Below are positions 1-10,689 of a stretch of DNA of 64,000 nucleotides, piece by piece; position 1 is the stretch's first letter; the number at the start of each line of letters is the position of its first letter. The position numbers were made by a program, and so were the translations under genes. The stretch is taken from the NCBI GenBank assembly GCA_038321985.1, contig JBBQFN010000001.1, forward strand, positions 384,001 through 448,000. Direction: 5' to 3'. The notes under the pieces are model-generated. The model saw only the letters and a program-made list of their open reading frames with translations. It was not told where the DNA came from and did not search any database. The stretch comes from Cyanophyceae cyanobacterium (GTDB lineage Bacteria; Cyanobacteriota; Cyanobacteriia; Cyanobacteriales; Laspinemataceae).

Positions 1-1380
1 GCATTTTCGGGTCAGCAGTCTCTACTAATGGTGTTACCGATCGCCAACCCAAACCGAGCCCAGCAAATTTTAGAAGCAGCACAACCTCCAAAAGGGGGCA
101 GATGGGTGCCTCGAACTTACAAAAATATAGAAATTAAAGAAACCCAAGGGGTGCCGGATGAAAATAGATTTTCAGTCACTGTCATCAATGGCAACTATTT
201 AGCGATCGCCAAGGATAGCGAAACCATCAACCGCGCGATCGATACCTTCCTCGGGGCACCTTCCATCGTGGATGCTCCCGGTGCGATCGGCGCATGGCAA
301 AAAATCGAAACCCCAAGACCCTTTGGCCGTTTTTATGTCAATGTCCCCGTTGCCGCTGCGGTTGCCTCGTTAAACTCCGATCGCGCCGTTCCCGAAGAAA
401 TTGCCCAGCAACAACAAAACCAAGGATTCGCTACCAGTATCACCCTTGAACCGGAAGGAATTGGCTTTGATAGTGTGGCATGGCTTAAACCGAATAGTGA
501 ACGGAAATATGCCGTCGAAAATAATGCCAAAACCATGACAACTCGCCTTCCTGCGGACACCTTGATGATGATGTCTGGCGGAAATTTACAGCGAGTCTGG
601 CAGGATTACAGTCAAGGCGTAGCCACCAATCCCCTGGCACCGATTAATCCCCAGTGGTTGAAAACAGCGATTAAAAATACCACCACCCTTGATTTAGAAG
701 AAGATTTACTCCCCTGGATGCAAGGGGAATTTTCCTTAGCGTTACTCCCACCGGGAGAAAACAATACCTCATTGTTTCCAGTTGGGGTGGTACTAATGGT
801 GCAAGCGAGCGATCGCCGTGCCGGTGAAGCCACCTTATCCAATCTTGATCGCATCATGAGCGAACAATATAACTTTACGGTTGAACCGGCTCAAATTGGT
901 GAACAACCCATCGTCAAATGGACCTCCCAAGAGGGTTCCTTGAGTGTGAATCACGGCTGGTTAGATGGCAATGTGGCATTTATCAGCGTATTGGCACCCG
1001 TCGCCGAGGCGATCGCCCCTAAACCCCAAACTCCCCTGGCAATGAGTCAGCAATTCCAAAGCGTTGTCCCGTTAGAACTGACTCCCAATAACGGCCATTT
1101 TTTCATAGATCTCGAACGCAGTCTCAGTACCAATACTCCCGCGTGGTTGCAACTTCCGACCCAACAAAAAATCGTCATTAATGCCATGCGCGCGATCGGG
1201 GTCACCGCTGCGATCGAAAACCAGCGTACCACACGTTATCAAGTCTTCGTGGGGATGAAAAAAGCCGGTAAACCCCAACCCCTCCCCAATTCCACCCTTC
1301 CCGGAGCCCAACCGGCTACCCCATCCCCCGAGTCTCAAGTACAACCCACTCCCCCGGCAGCTACCCCCAACACCCCCTAG
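1..1380 (+). CDS. DUF3352-like cyanobacterial protein, 5'-truncated by the window edge
   Basis: Frame is open from base 1 (GCA TTT TCG...) through to TAG at 1380. Motifs LEEDLLPWMQGEFSLAL, HGWLDGNVAF and NNGHFFIDL resemble DUF3352 proteins. Pro-rich C-terminal tail. Confidence 0.7.
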   Translation, partial: AFSGQQSLLMVLPIANPNRAQQILEAAQPPKGGRWVPRTYKNIEIKETQGVPDENRFSVTVINGNYLAIAKDSETINRAIDTFLGAPSIVDAPGAIGAWQKIETPRPFGRFYVNVPVAAAVASLNSDRAVPEEIAQQQQNQGFATSITLEPEGIGFDSVAWLKPNSERKYAVENNAKTMTTRLPADTLMMMSGGNLQRVWQDYSQGVATNPLAPINPQWLKTAIKNTTTLDLEEDLLPWMQGEFSLALLPPGENNTSLFPVGVVLMVQASDRRAGEATLSNLDRIMSEQYNFTVEPAQIGEQPIVKWTSQEGSLSVNHGWLDGNVAFISVLAPVAEAIAPKPQTPLAMSQQFQSVVPLELTPNNGHFFIDLERSLSTNTPAWLQLPTQQKIVINAMRAIGVTAAIENQRTTRYQVFVGMKKAGKPQPLPNSTLPGAQPATPSPESQVQPTPPAATPNTP

Positions 1381-1478
1381 TAAAGGATAGGTAATTTCAG
1401 GCAAAAGTATCCGCTGGCAACGGATTTGGCTTTTGTCAGTGTGGTGAACAAAGGGCGAGGTTGGGCTTAAATCAACAC

Positions 1479-1528
1479 AGACCCCACCCAACCCTCCCGT
1501 CTGTCTTGAGGAGGGTTGAGTGGGGTCT
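1479..1528. repeat. 19-bp inverted repeat (REP-like or terminator hairpin)
   Basis: AGACCCCACCCAACCCTCC (1479-1497) and GGAGGGTTGAGTGGGGTCT (1510-1528), one mismatch. Confidence 0.7.
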
Positions 1529-1673
1529 CCTTGTCGTTGTATCCAACACCACCCCAAAAAATCCCTAAAGGCGATCGCCTCTTAAAACCGATGCCGAATT
1601 CAAAGGTTTTAGCAGCCCCAAGAATGGTTAGGATGGAAATAACTAGAACGTCTCAATGTAAACCGATGGGAGA

Positions 1674-2747
1674 ATGCTTGTGGATCTTAGTAGCCTTCAG
1701 AATTGGCTAGACAATACATCCTTCTGTGTCCTATTCATCACGATGTTGTTGTATTGGATAGGTGCAGCATTTCCAGGAATTCCCGCTTTGTGGCCCTTGG
1801 GGACCAGTGGCATGGCGATCGCCAATCTCTGCATCGCCACCTTACTTGCCGCACGTTGGATCGAAGCCGGGTATTTTCCCTTAAGCAATTTATATGAATC
1901 CCTCTTTTTCCTCGTGTGGGGGATTACCACCATTCATCTAATCGCGGAAAATATGAGCCGCAGTCGGTTAGTGGGGGTTGCCACTTCCCCAGTAGCAATG
2001 GCGATTACAGCATTTGCCGCCCTCACATTACCCGGGGAAATGCAGCAATCGGCACCCCTCGTCCCTGCCTTGAAATCCAACTGGTTGATGATGCACGTCA
2101 GCGTCATGATGCTCAGTTATGCAACCCTGATGGTGGGTTCCCTCCTGGCGATCGCCTTCCTAGTCGTAACACGGGGTCAAAATATTGAACTACGCGGCAG
2201 TTCGATTGGGAATGGGTCCTATCGCAGCGATCGCTACCGCCTCCATCGTGCAGGGACCCCCATTCCTGCCGTCGAAGGTCCTGGCGTCACCCCTGAACTT
2301 GGTACTGGATTCTCAGGTGAGAACAACGGCAAGGGTCTTGCGGGAAACATAGCCGTTCTTGACGTGGTGCAAACCCAAACCCCACCGGCTACGGAAACCC
2401 TTGCTGTACCCCTGTCTCCCCAACGCCTCAGCCTCGCCGACACCCTGGATAACATCAGCTATCGGATTATCGGATTAGGGTTTCCCCTCCTCACCATTGG
2501 CATCATTGCCGGTGGAGTTTGGGCGAATGAAGCCTGGGGTTCCTACTGGAGTTGGGACCCTAAAGAAACCTGGGCTTTAATCACCTGGTTAGTCTTTGCC
2601 GCCTACCTCCATTCCCGCATTACCCGAGGTTGGCAAGGACGAAAACCAGCAATTTTGGCCGCTGCTGGATTTGTCGTTGTCTGGATCTGTTATCTTGGGG
2701 TCAATCTTTTGGGTAAAGGGCTGCATTCCTACGGTTGGTTTTTCTAA
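1674..2747 (+). CDS. ccsB: c-type cytochrome biogenesis protein CcsB (CcsA/ResC family, system II)
   Basis: WWD motif [18 protein letters not shown], plus [17 protein letters not shown] and terminal GLHSYG. Confidence 0.97.
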   Translation: MLVDLSSLQNWLDNTSFCVLFITMLLYWIGAAFPGIPALWPLGTSGMAIANLCIATLLAARWIEAGYFPLSNLYESLFFLVWGITTIHLIAENMSRSRLVGVATSPVAMAITAFAALTLPGEMQQSAPLVPALKSNWLMMHVSVMMLSYATLMVGSLLAIAFLVVTRGQNIELRGSSIGNGSYRSDRYRLHRAGTPIPAVEGPGVTPELGTGFSGENNGKGLAGNIAVLDVVQTQTPPATETLAVPLSPQRLSLADTLDNISYRIIGLGFPLLTIGIIAGGVWANEAWGSYWSWDPKETWALITWLVFAAYLHSRITRGWQGRKPAILAAAGFVVVWICYLGVNLLGKGLHSYGWFF

Positions 2748-2881
2748 ACCGTCACCAAGAAGCAGTCATGGAGTCCTCTGAGGAATCGTTCTCATGGGCG
2801 ATCGCCTTTACGCGAGAACTGGATATCAACCCCATGACTGCTGCTCTGGAAACTGTCAAATTATAGAACGCGGAGATAGAA

Positions 2882-3172
2882 ATGGATCAGCGATTTGAGA
2901 CGCTCGGAAATGAAGACGTCCTGTCTACCAGTGGCAGCAATCTGATGTTTCAATGCACCTTCAAAGTCAGTGAATTGATGGATCTGCTGCAAACGAAATT
3001 AGAAGAAGAAAGTTTATTTACCGAGGGCTTAGAATGTGAAGTTTTAAGCCCCGGTAAATACTGGCGAAGCGGAAAAGTTCAACTGCGTCTTGAATTTTGC
3101 CCCGAAGACAGTAACAGTGTTCAAAATCATCTCAGCGGATTCCCCGAACCTTCGACCATTAAGCATGAATAA
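2882..3172 (+). CDS. KGK domain protein
   Basis: EGLECEVLSPGKYWRSGKVQLRLEFCPE matches the cyanobacterial KGK signature. GGAG RBS upstream. Confidence 0.9.
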   Translation: MDQRFETLGNEDVLSTSGSNLMFQCTFKVSELMDLLQTKLEEESLFTEGLECEVLSPGKYWRSGKVQLRLEFCPEDSNSVQNHLSGFPEPSTIKHE

Positions 3173-3284
3173 CTCACCCCTATTTTTCCATCTGTTTTGA
3201 TTGGGAAAATATACAGGGATTGGCTAGGGGAAACAGCACTTTTTGCTAAATTTTCTCCTCCAATCCTAACTCAGTGATAGAATC

Positions 3285-3323
3285 AATAGGGTGCGTTATT
3301 ACATTATTTTAACGCACCCTATT
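3285..3323. repeat. Perfect 14-bp inverted repeat (REP-like)
   Basis: AATAGGGTGCGTTA - 11 nt - TAACGCACCCTATT, between the two KGK genes. Confidence 0.75.
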
Positions 3324-3389
3324 TTATGGAAAATTCCATCGACCTTACCTCAGTATTTTGTGTAGACTCATACAAGGAGAAATAAAACC

Positions 3390-3686
3390 GTGGATGAAAG
3401 CTGGATAATGTTAAATTCAGAAGAGGATATAATTTCTCAACAATTCAATTCCGAAAATCTAATTGAGAATTGGCCCTTGAATTTTACGGGGATTGAAATA
3501 CTTGATCACGTGCGAGAGCAGCTGAGTGAGGACGAGCAAGTTTTTCTCGATGGGTTTGAGTGTAGAGTCCTCCAACCGGGGAAAAAATGGCAGACTGGCA
3601 AAATTAGAATTAATGTCGAATTTTGCCCGGATAACCCCAGCGAACCAGATTCACCCCTGGATGAAATTCGGAAAATGGACCGTTAA
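3390..3686 (+). CDS. KGK domain protein (second copy)
   Basis: DGFECRVLQPGKKWQTGKIRINVEFCPD...SPLDEIR. AAGGAG RBS before the GTG start. Confidence 0.9.
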   Translation: MDESWIMLNSEEDIISQQFNSENLIENWPLNFTGIEILDHVREQLSEDEQVFLDGFECRVLQPGKKWQTGKIRINVEFCPDNPSEPDSPLDEIRKMDR

Positions 3687-3712
3687 GATAAATAACCGAT
3701 GCTCAATCACCC

Positions 3713-4729
3713 ATGACTCAATGGACCCCTCTCCATGTCAAACTCCATCGAACTTTGCGACAACGGAGGTTATTGTCACCGGGCGATCGCATTTTAATCG
3801 CCGTCTCCGGTGGACAAGACTCCCTCTGTTTAGCCCAATTACTGTTAGATTTGCAGCCTAAATGGAATTGGCATCTGGCGATCGCCCACTGTGATCATCG
3901 CTGGCGCGCTGATTCTATTCCCAATGCTGAATATGTGGAAACTCTCACAAAGCAGTGGCAGTTACCCTTTTTCCTCAAAACTGCTAGTGGTGAAATCCCG
4001 CACACAGAAGCCGGTGCGCGAGAATGGCGCTATCATGCCTTAAGTGCGATCGCTCAAGCGGAAGGCTATACCACCCTCGTCACGGGTCACACCCAGAGCG
4101 ATCGGGCTGAAACCCTCCTCTTTAACTTGATGCGTGGCACAGGTGCCGATGGTTTACAAGCGCTTTCCTGGGACCGACCCCTCACCCCCACCCTTCGCCT
4201 TGTACGTCCCCTTTTGGAAGTTAGCCGCCCAGAAACCGGCAGATTTTGTCACCACCGCGAGATTACAATTTGGGAAGACTCCACCAACCTCGATATCACC
4301 TATTCCCGCAACCGCATCCGCCAAGAGTTGCTGCCTTACCTCACCGAACACTTTAACCCCACCGTAGAGCGTCATCTGGCTCAAACTGCCGAACTCCTGC
4401 GCGCAGATGTGGAGTACCTGGAAACCCAAGCGAGTGAACTTCTGGAACAGGCTATTTCACAAAGTGAGCCAAATGTCAAGGGTAAATCTGAATTAATTAT
4501 ACTCAGAATCAATCGGCGAATTTTAGGGACTGCACCCCAAGCACTCCAGCGCCGTGCCCTGCGGCAACTGTTGCACCGACAGCTACCGAAAGCGCCAAAC
4601 TACGAGCAAGTCGAGAAAATGACAGCCTTGATCCAGGCACCGAACCAAACGCAAACCGATCCATTTCCGGGAGGAGCGATCGCCCGGGTCGAAGAAGATT
4701 GGATCATCCTCACCACCGATGGGAGGTGA
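3713..4729 (+). CDS. tilS: tRNA(Ile)-lysidine synthetase
   Basis: PP-loop AVSGGQDS, plus TGHTQSDRAETLL, RPLL, EDSTN and RNRIR. Confidence 0.97.
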   Translation: MTQWTPLHVKLHRTLRQRRLLSPGDRILIAVSGGQDSLCLAQLLLDLQPKWNWHLAIAHCDHRWRADSIPNAEYVETLTKQWQLPFFLKTASGEIPHTEAGAREWRYHALSAIAQAEGYTTLVTGHTQSDRAETLLFNLMRGTGADGLQALSWDRPLTPTLRLVRPLLEVSRPETGRFCHHREITIWEDSTNLDITYSRNRIRQELLPYLTEHFNPTVERHLAQTAELLRADVEYLETQASELLEQAISQSEPNVKGKSELIILRINRRILGTAPQALQRRALRQLLHRQLPKAPNYEQVEKMTALIQAPNQTQTDPFPGGAIARVEEDWIILTTDGR

Positions 4730-4763
4730 AGCGATTTCTTGAATCACCCCCATCTTTCCGATG

Positions 4764-6512
4764 CTACGAGGCCGCTAACTCAGCCGACTGGGGATTAATC
4801 AACCCCATCAGTAAGTCCCGCATTTGGGCCACTGCCTGCTGTTGATGAGCTTCCGTCTCCTGCACTTGAGTCAACAACGAGCGGACTTCTTCCAGCTTAG
4901 ACTTAAGTTCATTCAGCTTATCTTGCAGCGGCTGCAACATCTCCTCATAGCCACTAACTCGGCCCATCAATTGAGCCGCGCTAGAGCGCATCTGAGCCAA
5001 CTGCGCCTCCAATTGCTCCACTGCCTGCCTGGAACCATCCATTTGAGTAGCGCGATCGCTCACTTGCGCCTGAATCTGATCGAAAGACTGTCGAGTTTGC
5101 TCCATCTCCTGTTGAATCTGAGCCAATTGCTCAGCCAACTTTTGTTTCTGTTCGTCAATTTGTGCCAAAACCGGATCCAAAGGTTGCGCTTGCTTCACCG
5201 GCGTTACATTACCATGCCCTTCACGGCGAGCCAAAACCGCTTGGTGTTGGGCCAACGTTTCTTGACGTTCCCGCAGATTTCTACGCTGACCTACCAAAGT
5301 TTGGTCTAACATTTGATAAGCCTCCTGCTCATCTGTTAGATTTCGCTGAATATTCCAGCGATCGGAGTCACTTGCCTGAGCCAACTGCTGCTCTAACCCC
5401 TGAATCATCTCTCGCTGTAACTTCAACTCCTCTTCTTGACCGTTAACAAATTGAAAGATTTTGTCCAAATCTTGCTGGAGATTTTGTGCCAATCCTTGTA
5501 GCTCTTCAATCGGCATTCTTTCCAGGGCTTCAAAATCTACCTTTTGAACCACCGCGACTTGCTCGAATGCCTCCGAAAGTTGAACCAATTGCTCCCGTAA
5601 CTGCTCTTGATTTTTCACCTGAGCATCCAGAGTATTGGCATAGTTTTGCTGAATCGAGAGAGTCTTCTCTAGGATTTTTAACTGAGCTTGAGTTTCAGCC
5701 AAATCTCCCTGCTTTTGTTCCCACTCTTGACGCAAATTCCCTAATTCTTGTTGTTTAGTTTCGGCCTCTTGTTGTTCTAAATTCGCTTGGGAACGCTGTT
5801 GTTCCAGACGCTGCCAGTGTTCATCTAACACCGCCTGCTGAGACGAAATCTGTTCGAGTACAACCGCAATCTGTTCTCCTACCGAAGCTGTCGGAGGCGT
5901 AGTTTGGGTCAAATAATCGAGCAATTCTTGAATATGATTGGTCAGTCCCTCGTCCAACTGAACCGACTGTTGGGATTGAGACAATTGCTGCTCCATACTC
6001 TGCTTTTCAGCCTGGAGTTTTTCGAGAGCCGCGTCTAGTTCCTGTTGCTTACCTTTAAGTTCATCGCGGATACGTTGTGCCTCTTCCGAGGACCCTTCAA
6101 TTTCCTGACGTTGAGACTCCAGTTGCGTGATTTCTTCTTCCCGAACTTGCAGTTCCATTTCGCGGCGCTGGAGTTCCTGACTTTGATAAGTCAGGGACTG
6201 CATCCACTGCTCAATTTCTTCTTCCTTGGTTTTAATTTTGTCTTGGCCTCGGGAGAATCCCTGCAAGATACTAACTAAACGATTAGCCGCTTCTTCAATA
6301 CTGCCTTTGATTTGTTTATTAGGACTCAGATCGACGAGTACCAGAGTCCCCGCATTCAAATTATTGGCCTCATCCGCTGGGATCACTTCCGTTCCGGATA
6401 CTGCCGCCCAACTTTGCTCTCCTCGCTGACAGGCCAGCAATTTGAGTTCAGCCTTACCGCTACCCAGGCCAAAGCCGCTTTTCTGTTTTTGTACTTCTGC
6501 TAGATAAAGCAC
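4764..6512 (-). CDS. hmpF: Pilus motility taxis coiled-coil protein HmpF
   Basis: N-terminus MLYLAEVQKQ...ELKLLACQR..QSW, then EEEIEQWMQSLTYQSQEL and a long coiled coil. Divergent from a chemosensory cluster. Confidence 0.9.
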   Translation of the reverse strand: MLYLAEVQKQKSGFGLGSGKAELKLLACQRGEQSWAAVSGTEVIPADEANNLNAGTLVLVDLSPNKQIKGSIEEAANRLVSILQGFSRGQDKIKTKEEEIEQWMQSLTYQSQELQRREMELQVREEEITQLESQRQEIEGSSEEAQRIRDELKGKQQELDAALEKLQAEKQSMEQQLSQSQQSVQLDEGLTNHIQELLDYLTQTTPPTASVGEQIAVVLEQISSQQAVLDEHWQRLEQQRSQANLEQQEAETKQQELGNLRQEWEQKQGDLAETQAQLKILEKTLSIQQNYANTLDAQVKNQEQLREQLVQLSEAFEQVAVVQKVDFEALERMPIEELQGLAQNLQQDLDKIFQFVNGQEEELKLQREMIQGLEQQLAQASDSDRWNIQRNLTDEQEAYQMLDQTLVGQRRNLRERQETLAQHQAVLARREGHGNVTPVKQAQPLDPVLAQIDEQKQKLAEQLAQIQQEMEQTRQSFDQIQAQVSDRATQMDGSRQAVEQLEAQLAQMRSSAAQLMGRVSGYEEMLQPLQDKLNELKSKLEEVRSLLTQVQETEAHQQQAVAQMRDLLMGLINPQSAELAAS

Positions 6513-7216
6513 GCCGATCTTCCTCTTCCGTTTCTATGCCGAATTCTGAGCTAAACCGATACTTTGATACGTTTTTGGTAACCGAAGTTAACCCCTAAGT
6601 AAGTTGAAGACTAGCCTCACTCCCCCGTATCAATTCCAGAAATAATTAGGTTGTTTTTGCTGATACTAGCAAGGGTTAACCATTATGAAACTATTTTTAG
6701 GGAACCTTTTTTAGGTTAAATAGTCTTAAAAAATCAGGAAATTTTCCTGTTTTTCAAGAGCCAACTTTGGGAATAATCCGGTTGGGCATTTATCTGCTAG
6801 ACTGCTTTATTCATTTTAATGAAGCTGTGCCTCCTTTTTTAACTCATTTTGGGGTGAACTAACATCCTTAATTGTAAAATTTTTAATGGGAAAAGGGAGT
6901 AATTTAATCCGCTTTCCCCTGGGATTTAAAATAATTGGGGCTATTGATGAACTACTTAAAGGGTAGCGTACATTAGCATTTGTTAGCAAATGCTAAATGA
7001 TTAATTAACCCCAACGATGATTTGAGTTTAAAGGGTAGCCCAGGTTTTTGACCTCCGGTGAGTGGTGGAAATTGCCCGAGTGGGTTATGGCTCCTCCAAA
7101 AAGAGCGATCGCAGTAGGGACTCAGATTAGACCGAGCTAACTTCCCTGCTAATTTTATTTCGGTTTTGGCACAGAGTCCAACCGAGCGTTAGATAAAATT
7201 GCCCTGACTTTTCCGG

Positions 7217-7281
7217 CGATCGCCCCTGGGGGGTCTGCTGGGGCTGGACGATTCAGGGCAGCAGACCCCCAAGGGCGATCG
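7217..7281. repeat. GC-rich inverted repeat of about 23 bp with HIP1-core ends
   Basis: CGATCGCCCCTGGGGGGTCTGCTG (7217-7240) and CAGCAGACCCCCAAGGGCGATCG (7259-7281). Confidence 0.8.
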
Positions 7282-8069
7282 GTGAGCCCACAAAAAGAAC
7301 CAATTTACAGAGCGTAGACCCTAGGCAAACCCTGAGTAAAATTGATTCAGGCGATCGCGCCATCAACTCGCCAGAGGTTGACCTATAATCAGAACGAGCA
7401 CTGTAGATCACTCGCTGCCGAGACCAGGCCGGGTCCGTTGCGTCTCTATCTGCTTTTCTATCAGCTTTTAGGCATTGAGCAGCGGCTGGGATCGTGGCGG
7501 CAAAAAAACCCCAAAGGACTTTCTGGCTTACCCTTAACCCAGGGCTGGCAACGGGAAAAAGTCTAAGTTGGAATAGAAGGCTGGCAGCTACGAGTCAGAC
7601 CCCATACGGGCGTATCATACCCTATCAGGGAAGCGATCGCATGGAAGTCAGACTAGGTTGAGTGGTGAACACAGAGACCTCCAATCGGCCCCTTGACCGG
7701 GATACCCCAAAATTTTGTTCTTATTGTATCAGGCCCAGGACCGTTTCAAGCCAGTTTTTGCACCACCCCCAACCCGGGGAGTCGCAACAACTGAAAGTTT
7801 AGGGGTTGGAGTCAGGCACCACAGGCGGTCAGGGGGAAGAAATCGCTCCTCAAACGATCACTCAAAAGAGTTTCAATACCCGGGAAGAAGACAGTACAGT
7901 TAAAGGACAGACTAGGCAATCTGAATGGGTTTGCAGTCAAATGATTGAGATAAAACCCCTTCACCAGCCTGGGGCTGCGAGGGTGATAACTCAAAGGTGT
8001 ATTCCCTACCCCTGCGGGCCTTACAGCACGGTCGGGTTCAAACGGTTTTAAGGAGAAAGTTTTAGTGGC

Positions 8070-9347
8070 ATGCAGGGAAATTTGAATGAAATCGATATTC
8101 GTAGCATTCTGCAACTTATTGAACTGGGACAGCGGACAGGAGAACTGTTTGTAGAAGCATACGGGATTAACTCCGGCAGTACCTGTGGCGGACGCGAGAG
8201 CGTGCGTGACTCCCTCGTGTACCGCTATCCTTACCGAGATAAGCGATCGCGTTCCTGCGATCAATCCTGGTTTGTGTTCTTCTCCAATGGACAAATCATC
8301 TATGCCGCCAATACAGATACCAGCTTATCCCGGCTCCGGGACTTCCTGCGGCGTTATAACGTAGAAGCAGCCATAGATAGCATTACCAATCTCTCCATCT
8401 CCGCAACCAATGCATTAGAGTACGGCTATTTGTGGGCTTTACTCGAAAACCACATCCTCACCCCAGCCCAAGGCCGTAGCATCATTCAGGGCATGGTCCG
8501 CGAAACCCTCTTCGATCTCCTCAGCCTCCATCAAGGCTCCTTTATTTTTGAAATGGGTCCCGCACTCGCGCCACAACTGACCACCCTAGAGATTCCGCCC
8601 CTTGTGACCAAAATCATCAAGCAGGTTCAAGAGTGGAAACAGTTCCATCCCCACATCCAATCCCCAAATCAATGCCCCGTAATCTCGGATGCGGCCCAGA
8701 TGCGCGAAGCCCTTCCAGAAAATACCTTTAATAACCTCAATCGCTGGGCGGATGGGACAACCAACCTCCGCCAAATGTCACGGTATTTAAACCGGGATAT
8801 CTTAACCGTCGCCCGTGCCATTTATCCCTTCGTTCAGCTGGGATTGGTTCAACTTTTTTATCCGAACTCATCCCCCAATGGCAACGGTTTGGGAGAATGC
8901 GACTTAAATCAGGGATTTAAAAGTCCCAGAGTGGTCTGTATTGAAGATGACATGACCGTGGGTAAAACTGTAGAAGCAATCCTGGACCACTACGGGTATG
9001 AAGTCACCGCTTTGATGAATCCCCTCAAAGCCCTGAGTTTAGTTTTCCAGCTCAAACCGGACCTGATTCTGTGCGACATTACCATGCCAGAACTGGATGG
9101 GTATGAAATTTGCGCCATGCTCCGTCATAGTAGTGTTTTTCGCCAGACTCCCATCGTGATGCTCACCGGCAAGGATGGCTTTATCGATCGCGTCAAAGCT
9201 AGGATGGTAGGAGCCACCGACTATCTCACCAAACCCTTTGGCGAGAGCGAACTCTTAACCATCGTTGAAAAATATATCGGTCCTGGGGACCCCGATGTTC
9301 CTGAACCAGACCGGGTACTAGCGGAGGCCCTAGAAGCCGAACTTTAG
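8070..9347 (+). CDS. hmpA: PatA-family response regulator (PATAN/DUF4388 + REC), HmpA/PilG-like
   Basis: MQGNLNEIDIRSILQLIELGQRTGEL N-domain, C-terminal REC (CDITMPELDG, TKPF). First gene of the CheY-CheW-MCP-CheA cluster. Confidence 0.85.
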   Translation: MQGNLNEIDIRSILQLIELGQRTGELFVEAYGINSGSTCGGRESVRDSLVYRYPYRDKRSRSCDQSWFVFFSNGQIIYAANTDTSLSRLRDFLRRYNVEAAIDSITNLSISATNALEYGYLWALLENHILTPAQGRSIIQGMVRETLFDLLSLHQGSFIFEMGPALAPQLTTLEIPPLVTKIIKQVQEWKQFHPHIQSPNQCPVISDAAQMREALPENTFNNLNRWADGTTNLRQMSRYLNRDILTVARAIYPFVQLGLVQLFYPNSSPNGNGLGECDLNQGFKSPRVVCIEDDMTVGKTVEAILDHYGYEVTALMNPLKALSLVFQLKPDLILCDITMPELDGYEICAMLRHSSVFRQTPIVMLTGKDGFIDRVKARMVGATDYLTKPFGESELLTIVEKYIGPGDPDVPEPDRVLAEALEAEL

Positions 9348-9761
9348 GATGCAGCCTTGGGATCAACCCTGATCAGAGGCGATCGCCGCCTTTGTCAAGC
9401 GCTACAAAAAAACCGACCCACTCGGTTAGTATGATCTCAACTCCTGACGCCTCCTTTGCGATCGCACCGGGGCAAATTGGCTATTGATAATAAACCCCTT
9501 GGGGGCTACCCAAATTGACCGCATCAGAGGATGGCGGGTGAAAGCCGTGATTTTCATGATGGCTTTGGTGTCAATATAATAGGATTTATTTCTAATTTTC
9601 CTGGAAAACTACCTGTCACCCACTGTGTTGAAGACGCTTGCACCTTTAAACCCATCCCTCAAATGTCTCCAGTTGCCTAACCTGGATGCAGCGGGGCCTC
9701 AGACAACAAGCCCGATCGGTCCTGTTAATCCGTTAAAAGAGCTTTTCACCGAAGGGAAGTT

Positions 9762-10127
9762 ATGAGTACAGTTCTGGTTGTAGAAGATAGCGTCACACAA
9801 CGGGAGATGATCTCAAACCTACTGAAAGGGAGTGGGTTGAATGTTACCGTAGCGAGTGATGGCTTAGAAGCCTTAGAACGGATTCAGGAGGCTTGCCCCG
9901 ATCTCGTCGTTCTCGACATCGTGATGCCTCGGATGAATGGCTACGAGGTCTGTCGTCGTCTCAAAGCCGATCCAAAAACCAAAAACGTTCCAGTGGTTAT
10001 GTGCTCGTCTAAAGGCGAAGAATTTGATCGCTATTGGGGCATGAAGCAAGGCGCAGATGCGTACATTGCCAAACCGTTCCAACCCACTGAACTGGTGGGA
10101 ACCGTCAAACAGCTACTCAGAAGATAG
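9762..10127 (+). CDS. hmpB: CheY-like response regulator, HmpB/PilH-like
   Basis: Single REC domain: VEDS, LDIVMPRMNG, FDRYWGMKQGADAYIAKPF. Confidence 0.88.
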   Translation: MSTVLVVEDSVTQREMISNLLKGSGLNVTVASDGLEALERIQEACPDLVVLDIVMPRMNGYEVCRRLKADPKTKNVPVVMCSSKGEEFDRYWGMKQGADAYIAKPFQPTELVGTVKQLLRR

Positions 10128-10140
10128 GGGATCTGCAATC

Positions 10141-10689
10141 ATGGTAGGTAATCCGGACTTTTTAACGGGGCTTGGACTAGAACAGGCCGCGGAATTTCAA
10201 GAATTAGAAAGCCCTGAAGGGGAGTTGCATCTGCGGTTTTTCGTGCCTTCAGGCAATGAATTTGCCTTAAGTGCAACAGGAATTCGTGAAGTAATTGCTC
10301 AATCGCCCGATCGCATTACACTGATTCCCAACGTATCATCCTTACTGTTGGGAACACTCAATATTAGAGGTCGCGTGATTTGGGTCGCGGATCTGGGTCA
10401 ATTTCTGGGGGAACCCACCACCTTAAATACCGATCGCCCCGAAATTCCTGTGATCGCAGTGGAGGACCAAGACACTATACTAGGATTAGCGGTTGACCAA
10501 ATCGTGGGAATGGACTGGCTAGATGTCGAGCAGGTGCGCCTGCCTACAAACGTTCCAGACAGTATGGCTCCGTTTTTGCGGGGGGAGTGGGTAATCCCGC
10601 CCAAAGAACAAGCTAAAGAAGAAGAGGAGAAGATTCTGCGACTGCTGGATCAAGTAGCAATCGTGCGATCGGCACGATGGGCCGCATAA
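10141..10689 (+). CDS. hmpC: CheW, HmpC/PilI-like
   Basis: LLGTLNIRGRVIWVADLGQFL and LGLAVDQI. ATG at 10141 (MVGNPDFL) preferred to 10057, which overlaps the upstream gene. Confidence 0.88.
   Translation: MVGNPDFLTGLGLEQAAEFQELESPEGELHLRFFVPSGNEFALSATGIREVIAQSPDRITLIPNVSSLLLGTLNIRGRVIWVADLGQFLGEPTTLNTDRPEIPVIAVEDQDTILGLAVDQIVGMDWLDVEQVRLPTNVPDSMAPFLRGEWVIPPKEQAKEEEEKILRLLDQVAIVRSARWAA

Noticed and set aside
7324..7360. GGCAAAC plus a CCTGAGT/ATTCAGG stem resembling a c-di-GMP-I riboswitch
   Set aside because: It lacks the GNRA loop and the GACGCAAA junction; the downstream sequence is just a HIP1 site. An Infernal search would settle it.
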